A stretch of 64,000 nt of DNA from Eledone cirrhosa (lineage: Eukaryota). The stretch spans positions 36,084,001 through 36,148,000 of the forward strand of contig OZ024746.1 of NCBI GenBank assembly GCA_964016885.1. Reading direction: 5' to 3'. A program made the translations under genes and the position numbers. Positions within the stretch are counted from its first letter, which is position 1. The number at the start of each line of letters is the position of its first letter. Under the pieces are notes generated by a model that saw only the letters and a program-made list of their open reading frames with translations, searched no databases and had not been told where the DNA came from. Positions 1 through 12,883 of the stretch are shown here, piece by piece.

Positions 1-2203
1 GTTTGCCTCTCCACGTTCCGAGTTGCAGCCCGATGGATTTTTCCCGGTTCAGTTTCGCTCCTGACAACCTTTCGTACTCCTCCAGTAAGGTACCGATCGC
101 CTCGATCTCCGAGTCGGTTGATACCATTACTGTTACGTCATCGGCGTAGGCCGACACCGCTTTGCTCAATCCTGGTTCCAGGGGGATACCCTGCAACAAC
201 TCCAACTTCCTCAGTAGAGGCTCGAGAGTCAATACGTACAGAAGGGAGGAGAGAGGGCACCCCTGTCGAATGGATCGTGTGATTTCGAACGGCTTCGAAA
301 GATAGCCGTTCACCTTGATCCTAGAACAGATGTGGTTGCTATGTAGGGCAGTGATCCAGCCTCTGAAAACAGGACCGAACCCAGCCGCCGCTAGCACCGC
401 ATCCAGGTAACCATGGTCGACCCTATCGAAGGCCTTAGACTGATCCAAGTTGATCAGGGCCCCACCGAAGCCGGGTTTGTTGCCAACCCTCTCTATGATG
501 TATCGCATGAGGTGGAGGTTATCGTGAATGGACCTGGATGGGATAGCACATGTCTGCGCATCTCCAACCAGGCCACCCACGACAAGCGCCAACCTCTTTG
601 CTAACACCTTGGCCAAAATCTTTAACTCTGTGTTTAGCAGGGTTATGGGCCGAAAATTATTTATACTATCCCCCTTTTTCTCGTCCTTCCTCACCAGCGT
701 GACTACGCCCTTGGCTACAGAACAAGGAATTCTCCCGTTCTGCTGCCAATTGCAGTAGACCGCTGCGAGGAGTTCGGAGAAGAAGACCGGCATTGCTAAA
801 TAAAGTTCGTAAGGTATACCATCGAGACCTGGAGATTTGCGTCTGCTGCATTGGCTCAGCGCATCTCCGATCTCATCAGCCGAGATTGGTCCCTCGCAGG
901 ACTCTGCCTCTTTGTTCGAGAGACGCGGCAGGCCGTCGAGGTATGGACCGAAATCCACGCCCCGGCCCGGACCCTCGCCTCCCCCGAACAATCGGGCAAA
1001 GTGCTTTTGAAAGGCCTCGCACATCTGCTTAGGCTCCCGGATCACTCGTCCATCTTCGTCTTGCAACGACCGGATGGTGGATCGATTTCCACTTTTAGCT
1101 TCTGTCACGCGGGCCCATCCAACGGCTTTGGCCCCCTCATTACCTAGAGCACGTATTTTACTTCGAATGACGCAGCCTTCATGCTTTGCATCGAAAAACT
1201 GGTTCAAGGCCGTCCTCGATGCCAGCACTCTGGCCACATCTTCGCTCTTGATTGCCTCTTCTAATTTACCTGTTAATTCTTTCTCGTTTCTATTCCTATT
1301 GGCAGCTAACATCTTGCTATAACTTATTGATTCTGTTCTAATCTCTCTTTTGAGAGATGCCCACCATCGGTTGTTGACGATTGCACCCGTCAACCTCTCC
1401 TTAACTAATCTGCTAATCCGGTTTCTGTAAGTCTCTTTTGCCGGTAAAGACAAATTAAGTTTCCAGTAACCGGGACCCTGTCTATGTGTTTTCTCGAGAT
1501 TGACCACGCAGCTCACTAATTTGTGATCCGTGTAGCCAACCGTGCGCATTTCTGGACAGCTTAATATGTCCCTATCCTTACTTCTAACTAAGAATCTATC
1601 TAAGTACGATCTAGATTGACCACTGTGGTTTCTCCAAGTCCAGGTAGGCACAGTTGGAAAATCTAGTCGATATCTATCGACCAAGTTAAAACGGTCGAGT
1701 AACCCCTTGAGGCTGTTACACCCCCCTCTATTAGGACATGCTCCTGCATAGTCCCAACGTGCATCTAGGATGTCATTCCAATCCCCCGCTAGAGGCAGGG
1801 AACGCGACGTTCCCAGAAAAGTCTCCAAACGCTGGAAGAAGTCGGGCCGTTCAGCTCCGAAAGGGGAGTAGACGGCGACCAGTCTCAAGGCCGCACTTTC
1901 ACTACTGCCAACGTCTAGCACCAACAAACGACCCTCCGGGTCCGAGTGCACAACCTGTACGGCAAGACCCAGGTGTTTTTGCAGCAGCACGACAACCCCA
2001 CCCCCACCTCCAGGTTGACAGAGAGATGCATGCACCTCAAAGTCATCGAAGGTGGGGGCCAGCTGCCGCATGACGCTGATTCGAGTCTCACAGATAACCA
2101 TTACATTTATACTACATGACCTGAGGTCATTTAGAAGCTTTGCTTGCTTCCAAGTTGAGCCCAGGCCACGTGCATTCAAACATCCTACTCTTAACACATC
2201 CAT
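1..2203 (-). CDS. Tx1 ORF2 (APE endonuclease + reverse transcriptase), open to the window edge
   Basis: Manual translation from ATG 2203: MDVLRVGCLNARGL..ETR..KSPGLDG..NFRPITLLN..LDQSKAFDRV..RQGCPLS..AYADD. The YADD Tyr codon at 148 is in the same frame as 2203. Its absence from the ORF track is consistent with no stop before the edge. Confidence 0.9.
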   Translation of the reverse strand, partial: MDVLRVGCLNARGLGSTWKQAKLLNDLRSCSINVMVICETRISVMRQLAPTFDDFEVHASLCQPGGGGGVVVLLQKHLGLAVQVVHSDPEGRLLVLDVGSSESAALRLVAVYSPFGAERPDFFQRLETFLGTSRSLPLAGDWNDILDARWDYAGACPNRGGCNSLKGLLDRFNLVDRYRLDFPTVPTWTWRNHSGQSRSYLDRFLVRSKDRDILSCPEMRTVGYTDHKLVSCVVNLEKTHRQGPGYWKLNLSLPAKETYRNRISRLVKERLTGAIVNNRWWASLKREIRTESISYSKMLAANRNRNEKELTGKLEEAIKSEDVARVLASRTALNQFFDAKHEGCVIRSKIRALGNEGAKAVGWARVTEAKSGNRSTIRSLQDEDGRVIREPKQMCEAFQKHFARLFGGGEGPGRGVDFGPYLDGLPRLSNKEAESCEGPISADEIGDALSQCSRRKSPGLDGIPYELYLAMPVFFSELLAAVYCNWQQNGRIPCSVAKGVVTLVRKDEKKGDSINNFRPITLLNTELKILAKVLAKRLALVVGGLVGDAQTCAIPSRSIHDNLHLMRYIIERVGNKPGFGGALINLDQSKAFDRVDHGYLDAVLAAAGFGPVFRGWITALHSNHICSRIKVNGYLSKPFEITRSIRQGCPLSSLLYVLTLEPLLRKLELLQGIPLEPGLSKAVSAYADDVTVMVSTDSEIEAIGTLLEEYERLSGAKLNREKSIGLQLGTWRGK

Positions 2204-2236
2204 GTGGGCGGCAGAGCCAAAGGAGAGTGTAGAGAC

Positions 2237-4114
2237 CTACCTTTCCGCTTCCCGGGGTTCGGGTTGCACGACTTCCATGGGGTCGGGGGTGTTGGGTGAA
2301 GGGGTGTCTTGTGGTGGTGTGGGGTCGTCGGTGTGTGGTGGGGTTGGGGTGTTTGGAGTTGTGTTGGGTAGGGGAAGGGGAGGGGGAAAGCTTTTTAGTA
2401 GGACGCGGTTTATGGGTTTGACAGAGGGTGGTCCTACGTCCTCCTTAAAATCCTTTTTTAGTTTTTGGTAGAGGTTCATTGGGATTTTTATTAGTTTTAA
2501 ATGTGGGTGGTTTTCTGATGAAACAAAGTTTACACCTTCGGTTTGTACCGAAGGATTATTGTATATGAGTTCATTTAATTTATTATTATTTCTGTTGATG
2601 TAAGTATAGTGTAATGTCTTTTTTTCCGATGGTGTGAGTGTTTCGAAGAGGGGAGGGGCAGGTTTGGTTTTGTTTGTTGCTGGAGGGGTGTTTTCTGTTT
2701 TGTTAGATTGTGTTGCGATTTGGGTGGGGGTTGTTTGTCCTTGTGTGTTTTGCACATGTTTTCTTTTTTTCCTTTTAATCTGTCTGAAGGACTCCGTTTC
2801 TTCCTCCGAATTCGTTGGGTTATCTTCAGTGTTGGAGGGAAGAGGTATGTTTGCTGGTAATGTTTCCGTGTTGGTTTTCTTTGTGGGGGAGATGGATGTC
2901 ACTATGTTAGACTGTGTTGTGTGTTGTGTCTGCGGTGGTTGTGTTGTTTTATTGAGTGAGAGGTTGGGTGGGCCTGTATTTTGTTTTGGGGTAATGTGTT
3001 ATGACTGTTTGTGTTGTGGTGGTGTTGTGGTGTTACTGAGGGACGGGTTGGGTGGGACTGAGTTTTGTTGTTTGTTTATCTGTTGTGGTGGTGGTGGTGG
3101 AGCTGGTGTTGGTAGCAGGGTTTTCTTTTTGTTGAGTTGGGGACAAGCGGCCTTCAGGTGCCCTCTGCCTGCACAGATATGGCAGGACGGCCTTCTCCCC
3201 TCCACGCTAATGTTTATATACCCGTGGTCCTCTAATAGGATTCTGTCGGGTATTTGGGCGATGCGTTCAGGCTTCATTTGTACTACCAGCTCTATACCTG
3301 TTCCACTGAACGCATTGCCTGTGGTTTTCCCAATGGAAATCACGTTGTCATTCACTGGATCGATGAAGCCAGCTATGAGCCAGCAGTAGTCCACATCTGG
3401 CATCATTGCATCCAGCCATATGCGTTGAGTTTTTTTTCCCATATAAGATGGATAAAAGGTGAAATTTTTCGAACGAATCGGTGACAAAGCACATTTTTTT
3501 GCCGCCGATTCGTTCTTCATGATAATTGCTAGACTTCCATACAGTCTGTCTTTTCTTATGAAAGTTGTTTCATTCAGTACTTCTGCGAGTACTGTTTTGA
3601 TATCTGCTTGAGAAGGCTGTTCAGGTTTTTTTGTACTGTTGTTGATGGTCCGAAACTTGACCGTTCGGCTTTCAATGTCTTTCGTGAATTCTTGAGGCAT
3701 TTTTACCAATAAAATACCATTCTCACCTTCTTCACTTATGTATTGTTTTGCGTCCGTGATCCTTCGTACCACATCTGAAATGTTTTCCGCTATATAAGTC
3801 AAAGATTTCTTTGTTTTCTGTGCAAATGAAATCTGGTCGTCTGCTTTGTTTTCTGATATGATGTTATTTTCAACTGTTATTTTTTTGTTTGTTGTGTCTT
3901 TGTTTGTGTTATTAGTATTGTCATGCAATTTTTCAAATTTTTTTTTTTCGTTGTTTTCGTCATTTAATTTTTTCTCCGCAGATTCGTCCGTTTTTATTTT
4001 CATTTTTCCTTCCTTCTCTATGACGTTAGTTGGGAAGGAAGGGAGGACTAAAGCGTGCGAGCTTACAACTCTTACCGCTGTCCCCCCACCACTATTTTCG
4101 TTCGCTGCGTTTAA
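2237..4114 (-). CDS. Tx1 ORF1 (gag-like nucleic-acid-binding protein), interrupted by one in-frame TAA at 2999-3001
   Basis: ORFs 2999..4270 and 2237..2902 share a frame; zinc knuckle CHICAGRGHLKAAC; Pro/Thr-rich C-terminus; homologous to 47050-47628. True start codon uncertain. Confidence 0.85.
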
Positions 4115-4353
4115 CATTTCTGTTAGACGATTGAAATTTTTTACACAAAATTTTTTTTTTAAAACAGGTTTTTCACCTCTAGGAGGGGTAAAGATGAGCT
4201 GACCCACCGCCTGACAGTTCAGACGGAGGGTCAAGCTACACAATTGTATCAAAATTAAGTTTGAACTCACAAAATTTCCTCAATAAATTTGAACAAAACT
4301 TCTGTGCGAAGTGAATGACATCCACACTGTAGAACAGACGACAGCTAGATTAT

Positions 4354-4360
4354 GAGAGAG

Positions 4361-4394
<34 letters not shown>

Positions 4395-4455
4395 GTGTGT
4401 GTGTGTGTGTGTCTCTGTATATGTGTGTGCATGTTTGCGCGTGTGTGCGTGCGTG
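4354..4455. repeat. Compound microsatellite (GA)n(GATA)n(GT)n
   Basis: Directly visible. Confidence 0.95.
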
Positions 4456-4862
4456 ATTAGAACATGATAAAACATAGGTAAAACATTAAAAGTTAACACT
4501 AGTACTTGCTTATATTTAATTTCTAAGTAGAAATATGACATTGATTTCAAAGTCTTAGTTTGGAAGATTTATATGGATGAAATGTTAATCATTAAGAGCT
4601 GGTAGAACACTTATTAAGCTAATTTCTCCATACTTTCAAGGAAGCAGAATATAGATATGATTCTAATCATGTAACGCTCACGTTTACATTAAAACTATCT
4701 CGATAAAAATTAAATTCAGCGTGGCTTATTTATTCTTTACACATTCGCTTCTCATCAGCACTGGAATTATATCATTGACGGATGTGAAAGTATAAAAAAT
4801 ATAGCAATACCAATATTATATGAAAAATAAATTGACGACGGTGATGAAGATTCCAAAGAGAA

Positions 4863-5033
4863 ATAATTGTTTCTACTTTAGGCACAAGGCCAGCAAATAC
4901 CTAGTGCATTACTGGTACCTTATTTTATCGACCCCGTAAGGATGAAAGGCAAAGTCAACCTCAGATCGTAAAGGGACGTAACTATGCTGGAAATCATGGC
5001 GTCCGACCCTCTACTGATACTGCTAATCCACCA
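4863..5033 (-). mobile_element. tRNA-derived Nin-domain-type SINE (internal deletion over the B box)
   Basis: Core GCCTTTCATCCTTACGGGGTCGATAAAATAAGGTACCAG and tail GGCCTTGTGCCTAAAGTAGAAACAATTA on the minus strand. Confidence 0.85.
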
Positions 5034-5038
5034 GATAA

Positions 5039-5226
5039 ATAATTGTTTCTACTTTTGGCACAAGGCCTGCAATTACCCAGTGTATTACTGGTACTTTATT
5101 TTATCGACCCCATAAGGATGAAAGGCAAAGTTAACCTCGGCGGGATTTGAACTCAGAATGGCAAGGGCCGTAACTCTATGCGTCAAAGCATGGCGTCCGA
5201 CCCTCTACCGATACTGCCAATCCACT
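5039..5226 (-). mobile_element. tRNA-derived Nin-domain-type SINE, tandem with the previous copy
   Basis: A-box-like TGGCAGTATCGG, B-box-like GAGTTCAAATCC, shared core and tail. Confidence 0.9.
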
Positions 5227-6700
5227 GAGATAAATAATGGGGCCTAAATTACATTTAGGCGTAGGAGGGGTGTGGTAATGCTGTGTCCTTGTAGAATACA
5301 ATTGTTCAATGGGTATTTTTCTAAACGTTTAGTTTTTCTGTAACAAGATAGTTCATATGTCAATATTGTATGTCCTTTTGATAGCGGAGCCGGGGCTCCT
5401 ATGTTTGTGTGCCAGGGTTTATAATATCACACGCAGTTATGTTTGTATATATGCCTTTTCCTCATCGTATCCTTTTCCAGAAACTCCTGGACTAATCCGG
5501 AGTATATATTTCCCCAATCCTTGTGGAAGAACAATATCATATTGTTCATAAAAGAACGATGCGTCCGAACGCCCTAACCTTGATATATATGTACGTATTT
5601 TAGGGGAGATATAAGATAACACTTTCAACGTTTTTTCTAAAGTTTCTTCTTTCACCGACTCTTCCCACGGCGTAATTTCTACATTATATTTCAATTGAAT
5701 GACGTGGATATTGTCGGAGGATTTCTTGATATAACACCGAAGCTGTTGTGAACTCTCGATACGCAGACTTTTCTATCGTCGTGTATTTGATATCTCATGT
5801 CTTGTTGCATAAATCACATGCCGTCTGCAGGTCGAAGGACCAGCATCTTTATTGGTGTGGGCTATATTCCTGCATGATGATATTTGTTCACTCTAGTACA
5901 CGATGCTGAAACTGTACCTTAAAATTTGGATTGGTATTTTTTGGCAATTATATTTTTCGTTCTGTTCAATCTTTAGTATGGCTCTCTTGATGCGTTATAT
6001 ATTTTAAAAGTTTTTCTTCACTAAAACATGTATATTCTCTCTCTTTCAAATATGTATGGCTACTTATAAACTAACTCTTGATTTAGTTATTTAATCCCTC
6101 TGTATCTGTAAATTACTGTTGCCTCACTCTTTCTTGATATTAAATTTGCTATTGTACATTCATCCATTTCACATTTTATAACGGTAGTTTCTCTGAATAT
6201 GTTGAGTATTTTTCAATTCACCCGTGTTCTACACAAATAATAGCATATACTATTAATGAAATATCGTTCTGCTCCTCATTTTTTAACCCAGAACTGTCTT
6301 GTTTATTTTTGGAAAATTAGTGGAGAAAGAACATGTTTTGTGATGGGTGTATTATTGTAAGATGCCACAGTTAATATTTCTGTAGTTATTGATCATTTTC
6401 CAACAGGGTGAGAAATAATAGTGTTTGTGTATCACACAAATTTCAGAAATTGTCAATTGCCCGTTAGAGAGCTCTCATTTGCAAGGAAGATGGAAAACTG
6501 TCGAACATTTTGTTATAATAAATTCATACGCAACCCACATTTTTGTATTTATAGCAGAAATAGTAGATATTCAGATGGAAATTAAGAGGTATGCTTTAAA
6601 TCCATATGAGACGCGGGGAAAGTTCTTTGCTCTGTTGCGTTGGCGATTCTTTCCATATAGACATATGCTCATGCCATTATTATAGATGTTATAATAAAGC

Positions 6701-6903
6701 GCGGTTGATTGGCAGTATAGGTAGAGGGTCGGACGCCATGCTTTCCACCATGGTTACGTCACTTTACGATCTGAGTTCAAATCCCGCCGAGGTTGACTTT
6801 GCCTTTTCCTTTGCCTTTCATCCTTACGGGGTCGATAAAATAAAGTACCAGTAATACACTGGATAATTGCTGGCCTTGTGCCTAAAGTAGAAACAATTAT
6901 TAT
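6701..6903 (+). mobile_element. tRNA-derived Nin-domain-type SINE
   Basis: TGGCAGTATAGG ... GAGTTCAAATCC ... GCCTTTCATCCTTACGGGGTCGATAAAATAAAGTACCAG ... GAAACAATTATTAT. Confidence 0.9.
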
Positions 6904-7865
6904 AGATGTTATAAACATATATTTTTTTAGAAGCAATTATTTGGTATTTCTTTGGGTTTGTTTGTATTGAATGTTATAATTAAATGTCAGATTCAATAAT
7001 CGTTCGAAATGCGTTTTTATATGCAACATGGTTTCGTTTAGGAGGTTTGAGAAAGATTTTCGAGTAGATGATAGAATGAATATCTAAACGTTCGACACTT
7101 TAATTATGCCTACTATTTGTTATTTATTGATCTCCGTAATGTATTCGTTAATTTCGTGCAACACGTATGCTGTTTATCTCTTCAATATTTGATTCATGGA
7201 CGGTTTTTTATATGATTCCATATATGGGGTTTTATTTATTATGGACTATATTCATAATTCTTGAAAATTGCCTTTTCCGTTTATTGAAAATATTCTATTT
7301 GTACTATTAGAATTTGCTTGTGTCTTCTATATTTCAGATATTTGAGGATCTTCCTTGGATTTTCCGTATAGGTTTTTCAGAAGGACTATAAGTTCGAAAT
7401 CTATTTGAACTTTATCTGGTTATATAGTCCTTAATCTGTGTTCACATTTTTGATCTTGCAGAGTTTCTTCATAGTTATGTAAGCAAATTATTCCTTCATC
7501 CTTTCTTCACATGTTCATTCTTGTGCTGCATATATCTACATCTCATTTACTTGGTAGAACATATCTATTCATGTAGGACAACTAAATTGAAGATGCGTCG
7601 ATTGAGATTTGGCAAATGAAAATGAATTGAAAAAGAAGTTAATTGATTTATATAAGTTTTTTTCGTTCCTGTTGTGTTCGTGCAGCTCGGTCTCGCAAGT
7701 TGACAGACTTTCTTTCTTTATGCTTCTGATGCCTCCAACATTTTTCTTAGAAAAGCTGAATATGTTGTTTATTTCTTATACACATTATAGGCTTCTACAA
7801 TAAAGCACAAACATAGCCACACTATTAAATGGAAAAATACTAAGAAAAAAGTAAGGATCACTCAC

Positions 7866-7982
7866 CTGAAGGAAGGGAGAGGATGAAGGATAATCAGAAC
7901 AGTACCTGGGTTGCGCCTCGTGGAAAACATGTGAAAGGCGCAACTGCGGAGAAAGGCTCGAGACACCCGCTTCAACATTCAT
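7866..7982 (-). CDS. Candidate first coding exon of an unidentified host gene (39 codons, phase-0 donor)
   Basis: ATG at 7982 reads MNVEAGVSSLSPQLRLSHVFHEAQPRYCSDYPSSSPFLQ and ends at a consensus donor CAG|GTGAGT (intron starts 7865); locally GC-richer unique sequence. Protein not recognised. Confidence 0.45.
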
Positions 7983-8012
7983 GATACCTCTCGGGGCTGC
8001 CTCTCATGTATA

Positions 8013-8110
8013 CCGCCATCTTTCCGATTTTGCGTGGGATATATGCAGCGCAGGGAACAGCCTCACCAGTGTTCTGGTAGGAGACCGGTAGGGAGAGGAA
8101 TCGATTGGTT
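8013..8110 (-). promoter_or_regulatory. Probable Pol II promoter: YY1-type motif plus CCAAT box
   Basis: CCGCCATCTT (AAGATGGCGG on minus) at 8013-8022 and ATTGG (CCAAT on minus) at 8104-8108, upstream of a strong splice donor. Confidence 0.55.
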
Positions 8111-10899
8111 ACACCTCTGTATTTAACTCTCTTCAATTCTTGTTCAATAAAAGCTGGTGTCTTTTGAGATATGTTTAATGAACGTATATATATCTTTGTT
8201 GTATATATGTAACGCTTTTCTGCCTCCGTTTCTAAAATTAAACGTTGATTAATGTTTGAGATAGATATCATAGTTGTCTCAATTGCTACAATAGACCACT
8301 TCGGAGCTCTAATTAGTTTTCTAAAAGTCTTTTTCTATGATGGTGCGCGTATATTAGTAACAGTGTGTGATAATTCACTGCCATTTATTACCTGAGCACC
8401 ATGAGATGATTTAACTTCATAATGGTCATTAGAAATTCATAATCCAAATTGTAATATAAACTTTATAGGCAAATATCTCTCTAGGATTATATTTCATCAT
8501 TATCCGACCCTTTGAGAAACCGACTCGTGTTTGTAAATCTGAAACGGAAGCTTCAAAATTCATATAGTTTCCTTAATGCGTTAAATGAAATTAGATGATT
8601 GTCTGATGTAAGAAGAGCTATTTTGTTTTATGCTCTACGGCTCTCGATCATTTCGAACATATAGATTTTAGCAACCTTATTCAGAAGCGAATCAATAGAC
8701 TGAATTATGAAATTAGGCATGCATACAATATAGCATAATTATTTAAGGTATTGGATTATTTAATATCTAGTCTTGCATTATAAACTTCGGTTAAACAATG
8801 CTTTGACTTCTCTACACCATTTGACTAATATAATAACAAACATATTTTCTCTCTTGCTGCAGGCGACGATTCGGATGTTTTTTGATGACATGAATTTCCC
8901 CCTCTATATATATTAATTTGTCTCACTAAACGTAAGGATTCAACTTTTAATATCATCATTCGAGACAAACATTAAAGTTAGGACGTTCTACAGCAAGGTT
9001 AAACTCGACTGCATTATAGTTACGTGTATCAATTGTTTAACAACATGTGTATGAGCGGAATTATGAATAATATTATTAAGAGAAAATAGAATTATATATT
9101 GAATTTCCATTTCTACTAAAATTTATTGGCAATCATAACCTCTCTTTTAGAATTCGTATTATATGTAATGTTATTCAAGACACTGAATGGTTATTCTATG
9201 AATTTATTATCAGGTCCACTATCAATTATACTATTGATATAGAATCTATTACAAAATACGTTATTACACTTAGCACAGTCCGATACAAATGCCAACAATG
9301 AATATGTAGTTGGAGCATTATAATCAGATTCTTCTTGGATGATATCTTTTTAGTGTTTGTTTCATGATGATATCTTAGTTTGTTTCTTCTTCTTAGTCAA
9401 ACTTCTACAACCTACAACAATTGAGCTGGGCAGATCTGACTTGAATGATTCGTACCACCAGAAAAAAAAAGAAATACGTTCTTTTCAAGGGCCTGCTGCT
9501 TTTGTTGAATCTTGTTGTGATGCAATATGAAAATAAGAATCAGGAATGGTGCATTCAATTATTGTTGCTAATTCATAGAATGTTCACGATCAACCGATGG
9601 TGATTCCAGTATTCTTTGACTAAATGTATCGTTAAGGTCAGTGGAAAAAGTCATCACTATTTATTAAATCCCCGTGTAGCCGGGACGAAAAGCATGGGTA
9701 TGTGATTTGATTGCGTTGGAAGTATTGTATTACATTTCATAATTTTATTACGAATATTCAGTACATAATAAAGGATGATTTAGGAAAATTATTATTTAGT
9801 TTATTTTGTAACACATGAGATAAACAATTCTTTGAAATAAGAAACTCCTGTGGCAACAAAGTGCGATAATTCTTTCACGTTTACTGACAAATTAATTGCA
9901 ACTTTTTTTTTATATACATGCCCCAAAATCTCTTCCCGTCATTGTATTCCAGCACGCTTGGAATTTGAGATTGAGCCGCTTGGGAACTTCAGAAAGGTAT
10001 ACAATTATACGTTGAGGCAGAAGAAATCGGTCATTTGCACCGATATCAGCATGTTCCAAGGATTGTAGAGATACAGTTTGGAAGCATATGTTCGATTCTT
10101 TACGATGGAAAACTGAAAACGACATGGTCATTGTCGTTGTGTCTTCATGATGATAGTTCTACACAAATCTTATTATTTCCATGTCGATAACGCAAGTTAA
10201 AATAGTAGCCCCGATCAAAAAATGTTTTTTTATTCTAATAAAAGATATATAATACAGCAATAAATAATACAAATATATTACGAAAATAACAATGATTCGT
10301 GTGCATTGTAGCTTCATTAATCCTTATATATTTGTACGTCGGTGATTGATGCACATATTGTATCCCAGTGTATATATTCGTGGATTAGGAAAGGCCTCTT
10401 AAACAATCTTCCTACATGCAGGATATTCTAGTTCGTAAGTTTAACGTATTTCTCAATTTCTCTACTAAATCAGTATAATCTCTTCAACAGTGTCCTTAGC
10501 TTTACATTACGTGCCTAATTAGGGCTTTCTCACGTATAAACATTTCATGATTGATTATCCTACCAAGCTCGATCTTATAGTTTTGTATCGTTTCCTTTGC
10601 TCATGAGGTATTTACCATACTTAATGAATCCCGTTAATAAAATACATATATGTACAATTTACATAATTAACAATGCAAGGCAACATGTAGTCAATCAACT
10701 TCGTGCTCACTCAATTATTTATCTACTGCAAATAACAGCAGAACGGTGTAAATTCCAGCTCGGTAAATAGGGAAGAACTAATGGTGATATGGAATGTTGA
10801 GAATTTGGAGGATGATATCGATCAATTCCGGCCATTAACAATGGTCAGCACAGATATAAAGATATGGACAAAGTGGCTAGCAATATGGTTGATGTTTTT

Positions 10900-12330
10900 C
10901 GTCAAACATCCGATAGAAGAAGCACAAGCGTGGGCAATTCTGACCAGGTCCATATGACAACTACCTCCTCACATGTGACTTTGTGTAATTTAGAAGAATC
11001 TAAATCTTTCGATATTGTGAAGCATTAATACCCGGACGCTGTACACATGACATTGGGTTACGGACCTCCCCTCAGAAGCTGGATCGCTAGAATGCGCAGC
11101 AACATCTGCCTGGTGGTCACTATTGGAACCATTCAAGACCACATGTAAGTGGCCACAGTAAGTGGCCACTATTGGAACCATTCAAGACCACATGCTTGTC
11201 TGTAAAGAATGCCTTCTCGATCTAATACTGCGAAAGCTGGAGCTGTTGCAGGGCATCCCCTCTAAATGGGACGTGCACTTTTTATGTGAGAATATGTGGA
11301 TGACGACATGTATTGTTGTCGAACAAAGGTTAACGGAAGCAAAAATCAACCCTGAATAGAGGCATTGCAGCTCCGATATATGGAAAGAGAAATCTATGCT
11401 GTCCAAACGAGTCGTCTGGCGCTCGATAAATAATCCATTCATGTTGCTTTAGGTCTGTGTAGGTCCACACCTTTCGGTGAAAATGACATGGGTGAAGTTA
11501 CGATCCGGAAATGTTCAGAGAGGAATCTATCACTCAATGGTCGGGTAAAGGTTTTGACCGCGTTCTCCAGTTCCGTCATGCAATACTACCTGGCACTAGT
11601 TCTTTACTCCAGTGAGCGCCTCCCAATATTGGAGCGGCAACTCATTCCCTTCGCACATGTGAAACAAAAAGTTTCCATTGGTCAGCCTGTCCATCAACTT
11701 TCAATATTCTTTGTGCAGAATAATCGGCATACCGTGTCTGATAATAATAAACATGCACTGAGGGATATTTGCCTAGAATATGCGACGAATTTGTCGGAGA
11801 AATTCACGGCGTCAACGAGAACGAATATTTCTTGAAGTTTTCTATCTGGGGCCTCTGGATAATTTCCAGTAATCACAGGTCTGGCATTGCCGGATCGAGA
11901 CAAACTCTATAGACACCAAAGTGCTCTTAGACGGAGGTGTCCATGATGTCAGTAGAGTACCGAAGCCGTTCTGCTCAAGCAGGTCCAGTGTCCACCCATT
12001 GCTCACCTGTTGAGCTTTGCTGCGTGTAGGAAGGATGCCGCTATCAGCCGATCTATCACGAATATGACTCCGCGACCTTTTTTTCGGAAAGGATAAGCGG
12101 ATTTCCTCTGTCATGTCGATACATCGAAATAGGTTCATGTACGGACACAACTAAAAGAGCTGAAGACAGACACTTTCTAATTCATCCAAGCACTCGTCAA
12201 CTTTTTTCAAGTTCTACTTGGAAAGATAAGTTAGTTTGGAGTGGAAGAGTGAATGTAATGAGAATTGCCGGAATAAATGGCACTACCCTGAGCATGCGCC
12301 TGTAGGCTGGAAAGTGCCACGTTTTTTTTT
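10900..12330 (+). mobile_element. Old, heavily decayed Tx1-type ORF2 fragment
   Basis: LRKLELLQGIP matches copy 1; KCSERNLSLNGRVKVLTAFSSSVMQYYL resembles KWAERKLSLKCRAEVANAYIASVICYYL of copy 3. Boundaries approximate. Confidence 0.7.
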
Positions 12331-12628
12331 AATTATCTTGATTGTTAGGGTAGCTTTGGATGTGTGGGATTCCTAAACAATCCCCGTGGTGATGTTCCTC
12401 TTTTTTTGAGGAATTCACATATTCATTATTTGATTATTTTCAGCTTCTACTGCTAGTTTCTTTTTTGCACATTTTACGGAAATTCCCATTATCTTACTTC
12501 TTTTATAATGTCATTTATCTTTCGGGATTAATGGTATATTATGATGGTCACAGCGTGATTATGCATAGAGATTTATCACCCACTTCTTTTGCTGGAATCC
12601 GCTGATAGCGCTAGTCATCTACCTTGAA

Positions 12629-12630
12629 GA

Positions 12631-12697
<67 letters not shown>

Positions 12698-12812
12698 CGT
12701 AGTAGCATCAGCATCAACAGCAGTAGAAGCAGCAGCAGCTGAAATAGTTGTAGTAGTAGTAATAGCAATAGCAGCAGTAGTAGTAGTAACAACAACATCA
12801 GCAGCGGTAGTA

Positions 12813-12883
<71 letters not shown>
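12629..12883. repeat. (GTA)n trinucleotide microsatellite with (GCA)n interruptions
   Basis: Directly visible; source of the poly-L and poly-V ORFs. Confidence 0.97.

Larger units (their letters stand above)
1..4350 (-). mobile_element. L1/Tx1-clade non-LTR retrotransposon, copy 1 (5' end present, 3' part runs off the window)
   Basis: ORF1 with CCHC knuckle followed by ORF2 with APE endonuclease and RT motifs; the 5' end abuts a (GA)n/(GATA)n tract at about 4355. Confidence 0.93.

Noticed and set aside
2634-3389. Long antisense ORFs over LINE ORFs (also 46414-46977 and 53575-54024)
   Set aside because: Shadow frames of compositionally biased coding strands; no independent motifs.
5437-5694. 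85-aa minus-strand ORF as a second host exon
   Set aside because: No convincing splice sites; neighbouring sequence resembles a decayed zinc knuckle, so an old retroelement remnant is more likely.
8845-8936. Possible plus-strand exon (pyrimidine tract-CAG at 8862, GTAAGG at 8932)
   Set aside because: Stops in all three frames and no other support; a non-coding exon of a divergent transcript cannot be excluded.
11118-11195. 28-bp direct repeat CACTATTGGAACCATTCAAGACCACATG
   Set aside because: Only two copies, within a decayed LINE; ordinary local duplication.
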